Of a DNA stretch of 64,000 bases, positions 10,494-20,900 are shown piece by piece. The translations under genes were made by a program, and so were the position numbers. Source of the stretch: Giardia intestinalis (Eukaryota); the NCBI GenBank assembly GCA_000002435.2, contig CM018793.1; one strand, given 5' to 3'. How positions within the stretch are numbered: position 1 is the stretch's first letter; each line of letters begins with the position of its first letter. The notes below the pieces were generated by a model. It had not been told where the DNA came from and made no database searches. It was given only the letters and a program-made list of their open reading frames with translations.

Positions 10494-10810
10494 TTAAATT
10501 TTATTTTGGGTACAGGTGCAGTGCTAGGTAAGGGTGCTAGACAGCCACTGTAAGCCTGGGCACCACCACTAGTAGGGTGGCGGTGGGGCCAGTAGCTGAT
10601 GGATAGGATGCTGACCCCACTACGCGTGTCTGAGTGGCATAATCTCAGATCGAGCCTGAAGCCGGACCTCAACAGACAAAAGCTGCGGAATCGCTATAGA
10701 AAATTTACAATAGACCAATAAACAAAGAATCATACTTTCATAACACAAAATACACACACCCCGTTTGACTCGGAGTAAATACTTTTTAAGTTCTTTTATT
10801 TAATTTTAAA

Positions 10811-11104
10811 ATGACCGATGAGAGGACTACGGATCCCTTTCTCCCCATAGCAAACATTGGGAGCATAATGAAGGAGTGTCTTCCAGCCAACACGAAGTTG
10901 ACTCGCGGCGCCAAAGAGCTTGTTCAAGAAGCTGTGACAGAGCTCATCTGCTTCGTCGCACTGCAGGCACAGACTTACGCTGTGTCCCATAGAAGAAAGA
11001 CAGTCAATGGAAACGATATCATAACTGCTCTTCACGACCTCGGCTTTGTAAGATTTCATGCAATCTTACACAAATATTATTCATCTATGCTGCGAAAGAA
11101 TTGA
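10811..11104 (+). CDS. histone-fold transcription factor subunit, NF-YB (CBF-A/HAP3) / NC2beta family
   Basis: LPIANIGSIMKECLP...AKELVQEAVTELICFV...RRKTVNGNDIITALHDLGF matches the NF-YB core (LPIANVARIMK...KRKTINGEDILFAM..LGF). 97 aa. Confidence 0.8.
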   Translation: MTDERTTDPFLPIANIGSIMKECLPANTKLTRGAKELVQEAVTELICFVALQAQTYAVSHRRKTVNGNDIITALHDLGFVRFHAILHKYYSSMLRKN

Positions 11105-11258
11105 GAAAGATGGCTTAGTTCGTTCTCGGTGATCGCTATTCCACTAGATGCTTATGCAAAGTTCCGACGTAGTTGCGGTACATAGGCACTCCTCACACTT
11201 GAGATGACAGTTCAAAGCTTTTATGGGGCAGGTTTAGCACGGGCGACCCAAGACTCGG

Positions 11259-12989
11259 CTAGAGCTTGGTCCTTGCGCGGGAACCGGACAAGTAGGATGG
11301 AGTGGGATCTTCGTTTAAGCTAAAAGGATCATTAACTACTATGCCTGCACTCGAACACGCTTCCTTGTCTTCTGGAATACCTTCAGAGGTATCGAATTTG
11401 ACAAAGGGGAGGTTCGAGAAGATATCCGAGGAGACAGAGGACAGCTCTGTATAGTTTTGCTGCGTAAATTGCGAATAGAACATCTGCTCGCTTTTAACGC
11501 CACCTTCCCCATTGTCTCCAGATGAAGCAGTCCATTGTGTGCCGCATGCCATCTCTTCCTGGGTGGGGGTTCTAGTACCCGAGGCCAATAACGAGGCAGG
11601 ATGAACAGGAAAGTCCAGACTGCATACTGACGCAGAACTGGACGCTGATGCCGATGCCGAGTAAACGCTAGCGGCACGAAAATGATCTACAACTTGGTTG
11701 GGAGTGACCGGGATTGGTGGTGGCTTGGTCCAGGCTGCCTGAGCTGGCATGCAGGGCAACGCGGAGTGAGAGCTGAACGGAGAAGGAGCCGACGATATGG
11801 CAGCTGGTTGATCATTAGACTCCCAAGAGGAAAAGGTGGAGCTATAGTACCCTCCAGAGTCACCAAAGATAGGCATTGTGTTGCCATGGACTTCACCATA
11901 TACAGGTGTTCTATCCGTTTTGGTGACGATATAATCGGGATCTTGCTCCAGGCCCAGCTCCAGACTAGAAGTTGTGGCTAGACCAGGGACACCACGCGAT
12001 AGCAGATTGGAAGACACACTGCCATGCGCTTGTGCAGGGTTGGGCACCCAGTATTGTTGCCCATCAGCTGTCAGGGGATGCTGCGACTGGGGCTGGGGCA
12101 GGGGAGCTATGGGGATAGACCTCATAACATTGTAGGACGAATCTATACTATACTGAGGAAGAGGAGAATCGGAAAGGTTGGCTAACACTGTAAAGCTTTG
12201 TGAGGGATTTTTGGAAGAAAGTGAGCCAGAGTACGTAGCTTTTGTTGATAGACTTGGTAAGCTACTTGACATAAACTTGGGATAATTCAAGGAGAGCTTC
12301 GGCATCAGAAGGCTCGAAGAACTGGAAGAGCTAGCAGCTCTGGGGCCTGTAGGTAGCGGGAGGTCTCTCCGCTGCAGAAGACAGGTTTGGTCTTGCTGGT
12401 CTGTGTCAGCCCCTGTGTATTTATTGCTGGTTCCAGCAAAGAGACTTGGCTGGAGAACGTCGTCCGACGGAGTTATAATTTTGAATTGCTCTTGCTCGCA
12501 GATCTGTGAACTCTGGAGTAGAAGATCGTTAAAGGTATACCCAAGATTAGTATAACAATCTTTCAGCATCCGACACTTCTTGATGTTATGGAATGCCCTG
12601 CGAAGTATAACTCGGCTATACTTACGACCGCTGGTGGGAGCGAATTTGGCTAGAACCTCTGCAGATGGATAGCATCGGCTAGAAAGGAGAGACGCAATAA
12701 ACATGGTGAACTCTGATCTGTCGGTGATGTCCATGATCGAGCCAGAGCTCTCATATCGCGGCTTGATAACCTCGTTGAAATGCTTGCGAGCTAGTTGTTT
12801 CTGAATGTTGCAGCTATTTCCTATGCGAGCCCAGTCTATTTGGTCTTTGTGTGCCTGAGCTGCAGAAATGATAGCGACAGGATCAGATGAGGGCACCCCG
12901 AGCTGGTGCGCCATGAGCATAAGGATTTTATCGGATGTTACCTGGCTGATATTTGGCCCACGATGGGATTTTCCAGTAAGACTTGGCAT
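11259..12989 (-). CDS. Ser/Pro-rich hypothetical protein with possible degenerate Myb/SANT-like N-terminus
   Basis: 576-aa ORF; the N-terminus RGPNISQVTSDKILMLMAHQLG...DWARIGNSCNIQKQLARKHFNEVIKP loosely fits an R2-type Myb repeat (RGPW...W..IA..L.GR..KQCRERW.N.L.P). The remainder is S/P/Q-rich low complexity. Confidence 0.6.
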   Translation of the reverse strand: MPSLTGKSHRGPNISQVTSDKILMLMAHQLGVPSSDPVAIISAAQAHKDQIDWARIGNSCNIQKQLARKHFNEVIKPRYESSGSIMDITDRSEFTMFIASLLSSRCYPSAEVLAKFAPTSGRKYSRVILRRAFHNIKKCRMLKDCYTNLGYTFNDLLLQSSQICEQEQFKIITPSDDVLQPSLFAGTSNKYTGADTDQQDQTCLLQRRDLPLPTGPRAASSSSSSSLLMPKLSLNYPKFMSSSLPSLSTKATYSGSLSSKNPSQSFTVLANLSDSPLPQYSIDSSYNVMRSIPIAPLPQPQSQHPLTADGQQYWVPNPAQAHGSVSSNLLSRGVPGLATTSSLELGLEQDPDYIVTKTDRTPVYGEVHGNTMPIFGDSGGYYSSTFSSWESNDQPAAISSAPSPFSSHSALPCMPAQAAWTKPPPIPVTPNQVVDHFRAASVYSASASASSSASVCSLDFPVHPASLLASGTRTPTQEEMACGTQWTASSGDNGEGGVKSEQMFYSQFTQQNYTELSSVSSDIFSNLPFVKFDTSEGIPEDKEACSSAGIVVNDPFSLNEDPTPSYLSGSRARTKL

Positions 12990-13673
12990 TTGTCAATTAT
13001 TTTTTTAAGTTTGGGCACATTCCTTGACGAATAATTAAACACCGAGATTTTCAAATGGATTTATACCAGCGCGACTTTTCTGTTGCTTAGTGGAGACACT
13101 TGCTCTTGAACGACCGCACCCGGTAACCACATACATGAAGCGTACTATCTGATGCTGCAGAGATTGGAGGCCATTATACGCCAATACACTTTTGCCCATT
13201 TTGTCGGATGGAGGCCTTTTCTCTCTATTATGTTTGTCGGCACTTACAACACGGAATACTACTATTGTGCCCATCTAGACCTACCTAAATATACTTAAAT
13301 CAGCTTAATTTACAAGCAATAAATTGTGAATAGAAATACACTAACATTAGCCTGGGCAAGCAAGACCGCCTCTGAAGCAGTTTCTCATGAGCCAGTTTGT
13401 CCCGCCAACGGAGTTTGACCCGACTATTTACATATATAAATACAAATAAGGATTAGAGGCACTAAGACACTAGGGTCACTATTATTGAAGAGCATAACAA
13501 TTGTATCAGCGGATGTAGTGTGACAATGTGGACACTTGAAGATAGCAGTATTCTTACAACTCTCAGGCACGCGACGAACACATTTATGCCTGCAGGTAAT
13601 AACATGACAACCCACTGACTAGACAAATATGCAATGCAATCTTAAGTAGTCTTCTCCAGAGAAGCAAAATAAT

Positions 13674-14550
13674 TCATCGGAATCTATAGTACTTCGTCAC
13701 ACTCACAGAATGGATAAGGTCTGTCCAGCTAGAGACACCATTCTCATGCTTCATCAGAAGCTTCACCGTCTCGTCCCTTCCGTTCTGGGCGGTGATGATG
13801 AGGGTGGTCAGACCCTGCCTGTCCTTCTTACCCTTTTCATCGAGGTGTTGAGACACCATGTCCGTGTCTTCGAGTGATGCGGTGTACATAGGCATTGTCC
13901 AGCCAGCGGCGTCCTTCTTGTGTGTCATGAGAAGCTTTGCAACATTGTGATGGCCGGCTCGCAACCTCTAGTCCCTTCTCGTGCTAGGCAAGGGTTTGAC
14001 TGCTTCTAGGCCTCTACTCTGCGCCACTGTCACCAGAACAACAGAGTCAATATCAGTCAGAGCGTTATGGACTTAACGGCCTCTGCATGGATAAAAGGGA
14101 GGAAGGATGCCATCAATGTTGCTGTTTCCTGAACCGTAAAAATAGGTAAGAGCAGAAGTGATCTGCTTAGTGGTACAAAAGACGTCATTAGCAGGCATAG
14201 TCTCTCCTTGACTCTCTCCCCAGTGCAGATGCAGAGGTGAAGTAACACTTTGCGTAGCAAGGTAAAGAGTAGAACCCTTTCTAAGCATTCGCTGCACCTA
14301 GATACTCCCAGGATATGAGAGCGCACCAAGCATCCCAAATGGCACTGAGAGAACTAGGGGGTAAGTTCTCCAACTGGACCTTCAGAAGCACGTTAGTGAG
14401 GCTACCCTTTAAGGCGTAAGCAACCTAGTCAGGTTCCTTGTCAATAAGCCCATCGATATCCTGCAACGTCTTGTCAAAGCGGACATGGAGACCAGAAATG
14501 ACAGGCGGATTTTTAGTCCGGTCGCTAAAAAGTTGTTGAATCGATTAAAG
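13674..14550 (-). pseudogene. decayed ankyrin-repeat (21.1-like) gene remnant
   Basis: Three short minus-strand ORFs in different frames all carry ankyrin-like segments: AGHHNVAKLLM...GLTTLIITAQNGRDETVKLLMKHE; KGSTLYLATQSVTSPLHLH; ISGLHVRFDKTLQDIDGLIDKEPD. The ORF 13674-13964 starts at TTG directly after an in-frame TAG, the next segments need frameshifts, and no intron signals are present. Confidence 0.35.
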
Positions 14551-14910
14551 CGCCGGCTTCTCATACGGGCTATAGGGCTACCATAATTGGCCAGCCTGTT
14601 GCGTAGTCACAAATAAATACGCGTCATGCTAGCATGTCTTTTCATTTTTGCTGAGAATGTGTCAACGCACTTGATTGCCACCTTCCTTTTCTTCTGTTTT
14701 GGGAAGCGATCATTCCACCGTTGCGGTAGGCGGCCAGCCGGCCGGCTTCTGTCCACCAGTACAGACCTGATTTAAAAACTGTTATTGAAGACTGCCATTG
14801 CAGACTACAAGTAGGATTGCTTCTTAATTATTTAAATACGATATCTGCAGTTTCCAACTTACGAACTTTCTTCCCTTGCAGAGCTAACAAACTTTAAATC
14901 TGATAGTATC

Positions 14911-14929
14911 AGGACTTTTTTTAAATAAA
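14911..14929 (+). promoter_or_regulatory. AT-rich initiator-like element abutting the Sec7 gene ATG
   Basis: aggactttttttaaataaa ATG. Short A/T-rich sequence immediately 5' of the start codon, the arrangement typical of diplomonad core promoters. Confidence 0.45.
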
Positions 14930-17900
14930 ATGTCACATCTCCCTGAAGACTTCCAATACATTGGAGAGCTTCTTTCTAGCATCATAAGGGTTCTCCCCAG
15001 AAAGTTAGGGGCTCTCCGTCCTCCTCTGAAGAACCTAGAGAGTATTTTCATCTCTTTCTTGACAGTCATCAATGAGGACACAGATCAAATTTCAATCAGC
15101 GCTAACGACTTCTTGGCGTCCGTTAAGCCGATACCCCACGACTCGTATCTTGCCGAGGGGGCAGAAGTTCTTAAAACAATAGCCAAGCTACTTTCCTCCC
15201 AACACCAGAAACTGATAAATCCACAAGACGAATGCACCCATCAGCAGCAAATGATTTATCTAGGGGACCTAGTGGAACTTTCTGCCACAGCCCCCTCCGA
15301 GGCTGTGTGTGCTGCCGATGGCGTCACGAAAAGCACGAAGAGTAAGAAAGCCAAGGCCATAGCGCGGGATAAGATGGTTTTACAGCTTTACTACGAGACC
15401 TTTTCCAACAGCAAAATGCTTCTTCCACTTCTAGGAATAGCACTAAAGATTCTCTCCCTGCAGATAGACTCTCATATCAATGCTGTGCCCTCAAAGCTCA
15501 TTGAGCTGTGCTATTGCTTGCTCACAGTTCTTCTAGCAAGTGGAGTACTTTATATGTCGTCTGCCCAACTCTGCTTGCAGGGTCTTCTTGCAGTAGAGTA
15601 CAGACGACTAGTTAAATATGATAGCAGGAAGAGTGTTTTTCACAACTTTCTGATGCTGGAGTCGTGCTTCAACTTTGACCGAGAGATTGTTGCTGTTCGA
15701 ACTCTCCTGCTCTGCCTTATTAATTGTGCTGCACTGCGAAACGTTTATTTAATTGAGCAGCAAGCTCAACTAGTGGACAACAGCCCTGAGCCCTCAGCGG
15801 CTGTGTCTGCTAACTGGATAACCGAACACACGCTTCTCCTGATCAAGTATGTGCTGTGTCGTTTGTTCACAATTATACTGGCACTGGACAAGAACTTTCC
15901 CTCGGTGTCAAAGCTGAAGCCGTCTGTTAGCACAAAGACTCTAGCCACTGATTCGAATATTTATGACTACGCCAGCCTAGTGTTTCTTCGTGTTCAGGCA
16001 TCTATAGAAACCCTTGAGATAACGCCCGAGCAGTTCTCTTGCATGAATCAACGGAAGTATGAGCAATTTTTGAATACTGTGCAACGATTAGACGTTTTAC
16101 ATCTTCATGAAGTGCTGAATGTTTCCCATTCCTCCTCGCTTCCCATTGGCCTTATGCCATCCACTACACGCATGTACTTCTACAATGCTGTGACAACCTC
16201 CATTGCTCAAGTATTTTCGTACGCCTTTCACTTGCGTTCTCTACACTTGAAAGGTGGCTTTTTAATTCCTCGGGTGCCCCCAGACCTTGACAAGTCTCGA
16301 ATAGCATGCATCGGAGAAGATAAAGAGGCAATGGTAAATCTGCAAGCACCCAGTAATAGCGAAGCTAGCCATAGGACTAATGCTTCCATGCACATGGATA
16401 CAGTAGAATCCTATATGTTGTCTATTACCGGCGAATTCATAAGGGTGTTATCGCGTCAGCCAGATGCTCTTGTTTCTCTTTCCTTAGAAATGTACTTGGC
16501 TTTCACCACTGTCATCAAGGCTATGCAGGCCCCATCCCAAATCTTCATGCTCACATATCGTCATGTTTCCCAGCTGCTGCACATCCTTATCGACACCATA
16601 AGCATAGGTCTAAGTGCAGACTCTAGCGAACTTTATCGCATCTCCTTGTACTTTCTTAGAAAACTGCTTGTAGTCGCACTACCCATGCCTGGCCTATTCG
16701 AGGTAATTAACTCAATATTGCAAAACTTTCTGATAATGCCTCTGAACGAAAGCGAATCTGCAGACATCCGCGGCCATGGATTGCTCTTCATAGACCTATT
16801 GCTCGGAACAACCTATGCTGGAAAGGATGCTACTTATACAGAGAAACAAATCAATCTCCTGAGCTTCTTGTACGATAGTCACATTGCCAGCAGTGATATC
16901 GTGTGTTCTGCTCTCCCAGGGCTATATCCAATGAAACCTATTGTTCTCAGCCTGCTTGACGCTGTGGCAAACAACCTCAACACTTATATGACGTTAACAG
17001 ACGCGTCACTCACAAGCATATCCCATAAGACTCTTTCGTTAGAAGCTCTTTTGTATAAATATATAGACCTATCGCACCGCGTAGACGCTACGACGCTCAC
17101 GGCCCAATACTCCTTGAGCCCGCAAGGCCCCAACAACACTGCAGTGTTCTTTTCAACTGTAGCCGATTGTGCGGTCCATGTTTTGGTGTCTATTATGCGG
17201 GGATTTAGGAGGTTCTTGATGGATAGAAAGTTAACGGAAGCGCAGCAGATGATAATTCTTTCTAATAAGCCGTTAGAGGACCACATAGTTTCGCTGCTCA
17301 ATGACTATCGCCGGAACACATTGATCTCTGAGTTTGCAACTGCCTCTAGGCCGAAGAAGGTTATTCAGAAAATGATTCAATGCGGCTACATCCGTAACGA
17401 CCACAGATCCATCATACGCTACATTGTTTCTCAGAATTTCAATAAGAAAGGATTTGGAGTACTCCTTGGCGATCCACACGAATCAGAGCTTCTGGAAGCC
17501 TTTGCAGATATTGTTTTCAGTGATCTGAGGCTCTTCATCGACTCAGTGCGCCAAGGAAAAACAGGATCGATGGTTTCAGTCCCCAACTCTGAAGATAGGT
17601 CGTGCTACGATAGAGTGGCTGCCATGGTTAATACCGAGTCCCTAGGCTCGTTATTCACATTAACTCAGAAGGAGATGCAGACTCTGCGAGCCCGGCAACG
17701 GCAACAACAGCAGCAGCAGCAACAAAAGTCATCATCTGAAGGTCGCCAGTCCGATCATACACCAATTATCCCGGTAATGTGTCGGTGGTCTGAGCAGAAG
17801 GAGATGCCGGAAAAATCAGAGAACATCTTCTTGATAGCTATAAGATACTACTTATCGTTCTTTCACATTCCTGGGGAAAGCCAGCAGATTGAGCGAATCA

Positions 17901-20900
17901 TGAAGGTCTTCTCGCAGCACTTTGTGCATCTCTTTTCTCTCTTGCCAGATGACATGAAGAATGGGACGACATTTACTCAGGAGTTAGCATACATACTATC
18001 GTATGCAGTGCTCATGCTAAATACAGACTTGCACAACTCATCTGTCAAAGAGAAAATGACCAAGGAAGTGTTCATCAAAAATACGAAGTGTGCAGACAAG
18101 CAGGACCTCATCCAAGTCCAATTCCTGGCAGAGCTATATGATGGCATCATCTCTTCGCCCTTTAGTATTAACGAGATCAGGACCAGGCAGTTTATCAGTA
18201 CCCACGGCTTCCCACAGTTATGCAAAAAGCTAGGAAAGTATATATCTATGGAACTTGACTGTGTCTATCGAGAGTCTGCCAATTGTCACAACACACTTAC
18301 TGTGAAGCTTGATGAATGCGACGACATTCTGATGGACATTCTTGAAGAAGATACCAACTTAGATCTGGTGTCCAAGCCTTCGCTAACAGCTTGCTCGTCG
18401 GAGTCTTGCATTAGGGGTACAGACGCATCACATACTCCACTCGCTTCTACCAGTACAGCATCGAAGGGTCGCGATGACCAGAACAGTGGAACAACCGAGC
18501 CTGATGCAGCTGCAGTTGAAGAGCACATAGAGGCAGGAAGCCTGGCAATGCCATTGCAGAAGATTGCATATAATCTGCAGCAAACCACACCACAGTCCAC
18601 TGCCACTCCCCGTGATCCAGAAGAATCTGGCCATGGCTCTGAGACCCTTGCCACAGCCGAACAAAAGTCACATAACAATGAACAGCCAACTCCGCAAGCT
18701 AGCCCGCCGAGTGGACCGATATCCATATCGGATATTCAGGCATTCAAGCAATATGAGCGGTTTCTTCGAATTAATATAGCACTGAACATGTTTATGAATC
18801 GCGCAGTTGACTCACTCACAGTCTATATGAAGGCTTTATGGTTCAAAGTTCCAGCTGAGTTCACTGGCGCCGTTCCAGAGCTTGTTTTCCACTTATATAG
18901 ACTTTGCGATTATTTGATTGTCTGTCAGACGAAGCAGAATATTGCAGAGGAACGTATCAGCGACATCATTTCCCGAGAAGAGACAATACTTCGCATCTTC
19001 CAGCACCGATCTCAGCTGCTTCGTAACCTTGTTATTTCGAGCTTATTCTATCTCAGGCGGCATGTCTGGCATGCCAATCTTATTATTCCACACTTGGAGC
19101 CTTCCGAGCTATCGACACAGCTAGCTTCTAGCTTAAGGCTGGGTAACAGCAAGGAGGACTTTACTCTCTTAGCCACGTTAGCTGGGCAGCACTGCGCTGT
19201 AGCCATAGTCCTCTTCGTGCTTGTATCCTCTCATGTCAATGAGGGCGCATATGAAGCCTTTGGGCATCTATACAATCTTTCTAGAATTCTGTACAAGCTC
19301 GTGAGCGACTCTAACCCAAAGGCACTGCGTCAAAGCTTTGTTCTTTCAAATCAAGAATTATCGCGTGGGATTGCTCTCCAGGAGTATACCTCGTTCCACA
19401 TTATTGAACACTTTATTAATCCATATCTTCACATCCTTATCATTGCCAATAAAGTTTTCCAGAAGTTGGGTCTACGCCTTGAAATCTTTAGCACCCTGGC
19501 ACTATCCTTTTCTGACAATATTTTGTACTTCTATAGGCACCTCCTAGATATTTTCACAGTGTCTCTTTTGGGCTCAGATAAGGTATGCGCCATTGTACTA
19601 GAGCAGCACGGAAAGGAGCTACATGCGTACAACATGATTCGGCTACCTATCAGTGTTGATTTCCTTACATTTACAATCAATATCTTTAAGCTCAGACTGC
19701 GAAAAGTTTATAATGCTACACCGGACAAGCAGTTGCCCGATGCAGGCACAGAGGTTCCGGCACTCATGACCCCTCGACGGGGGCTGCATACAGTAGATGT
19801 GGACATATACTCTCCAATAACGTGTCTAGATGCGTCGCGGTGTGATGCTAATGATGTTAATGATACTGCATCTAAGCCTACCACCCTTGACATGATCTTG
19901 GAGGAGTTCTCACTCGTATACAGTTCACTCATAGTCAGTATTCTCTATGGATATGTGTACTCGAACGACCCGCTAGAAAATGCTGCTACGTGCGCTACTC
20001 TCATACGGACTTTGAGTAGGTTTGTCAAGTACATGCTGCCTATTTTTAGGAACAACTTTGAATACTCTGATAACAGACTATCCAGGCTTTTCTTCCTTCC
20101 GCTAGCACACCTGAGCAAGCTGATACCGTATCCAACAGACTTGTCGCTGCTTTTTGCAATGGTCAATGAGCTCCTCACAGAGCTCCCTGATACTGATGAC
20201 CATGACGCTATCTTTTCTGTTATTCTTTCCTCATTGTACAGAATAACGAACAAGAGTCACAATACGTCTATTGAGAATGGTCTTGAAGAGCTTGCATGCA
20301 CAGAGTGCTTCCATGAGAACAGTGAGCCAGACTTTCCATATAGCTCAAGGTCCTGTTTATTTAGCACTGATTTTCTGGTACTGTACCGAAAGAGCACGCC
20401 TATTGACATGACTGCTTTACAGAACACGCTCATGGGCTCCACCATATTGGAACATGGAGCTTCTGTGGTATACCCTACAATCGCGCAGAAAAAGAAGAGC
20501 TTACTACAGGGCTCATCTGTTCTTTCATGCATTACACCTAACGCCTCTATCACCAGCTCCATTAGTGCCTCTGTCACATACTCCAATGAGTATAGCTGGT
20601 CAACGACCTATGAACAACTTGATGGGCTGCTAAACTTCTTGGGCTCCAAGGTCTCTGAATTGAATAACACAAATGCAAGCAGATTTTGTACTGCCATAGC
20701 TCACTTTACATGTCTTGGAGAGACTACCATCTCTAGGACTGCGCTAGGAATCCTCAAAGAAGCGCTGCCAACTATTTTGTCGCTTCACACGGAGCATACA
20801 CTCGTACTGCTGGAATGTTACCTTAAAACTTTGGAAGCTGCGACCCAGACGAGCAGAGCACTAGCGCTGAGGAACTTTGTATACTCTATCGCCACAGTCC

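Noticed and set aside
13424-13615. Cys-rich 63-aa ORF (CxxC...CPHCH) in the ORF desert
   Set aside because: Too short, no start context and no similarity to anything; Cys codons arise readily in this AT/GC-mixed spacer.
13965-14072. Possible spliceosomal intron joining the ankyrin fragments
   Set aside because: No GTATGT 5' splice site or ACTAACACACAG-type branch/3' motif (the known Giardia intron signals) on the minus strand in the gap. Frameshift decay fits better.
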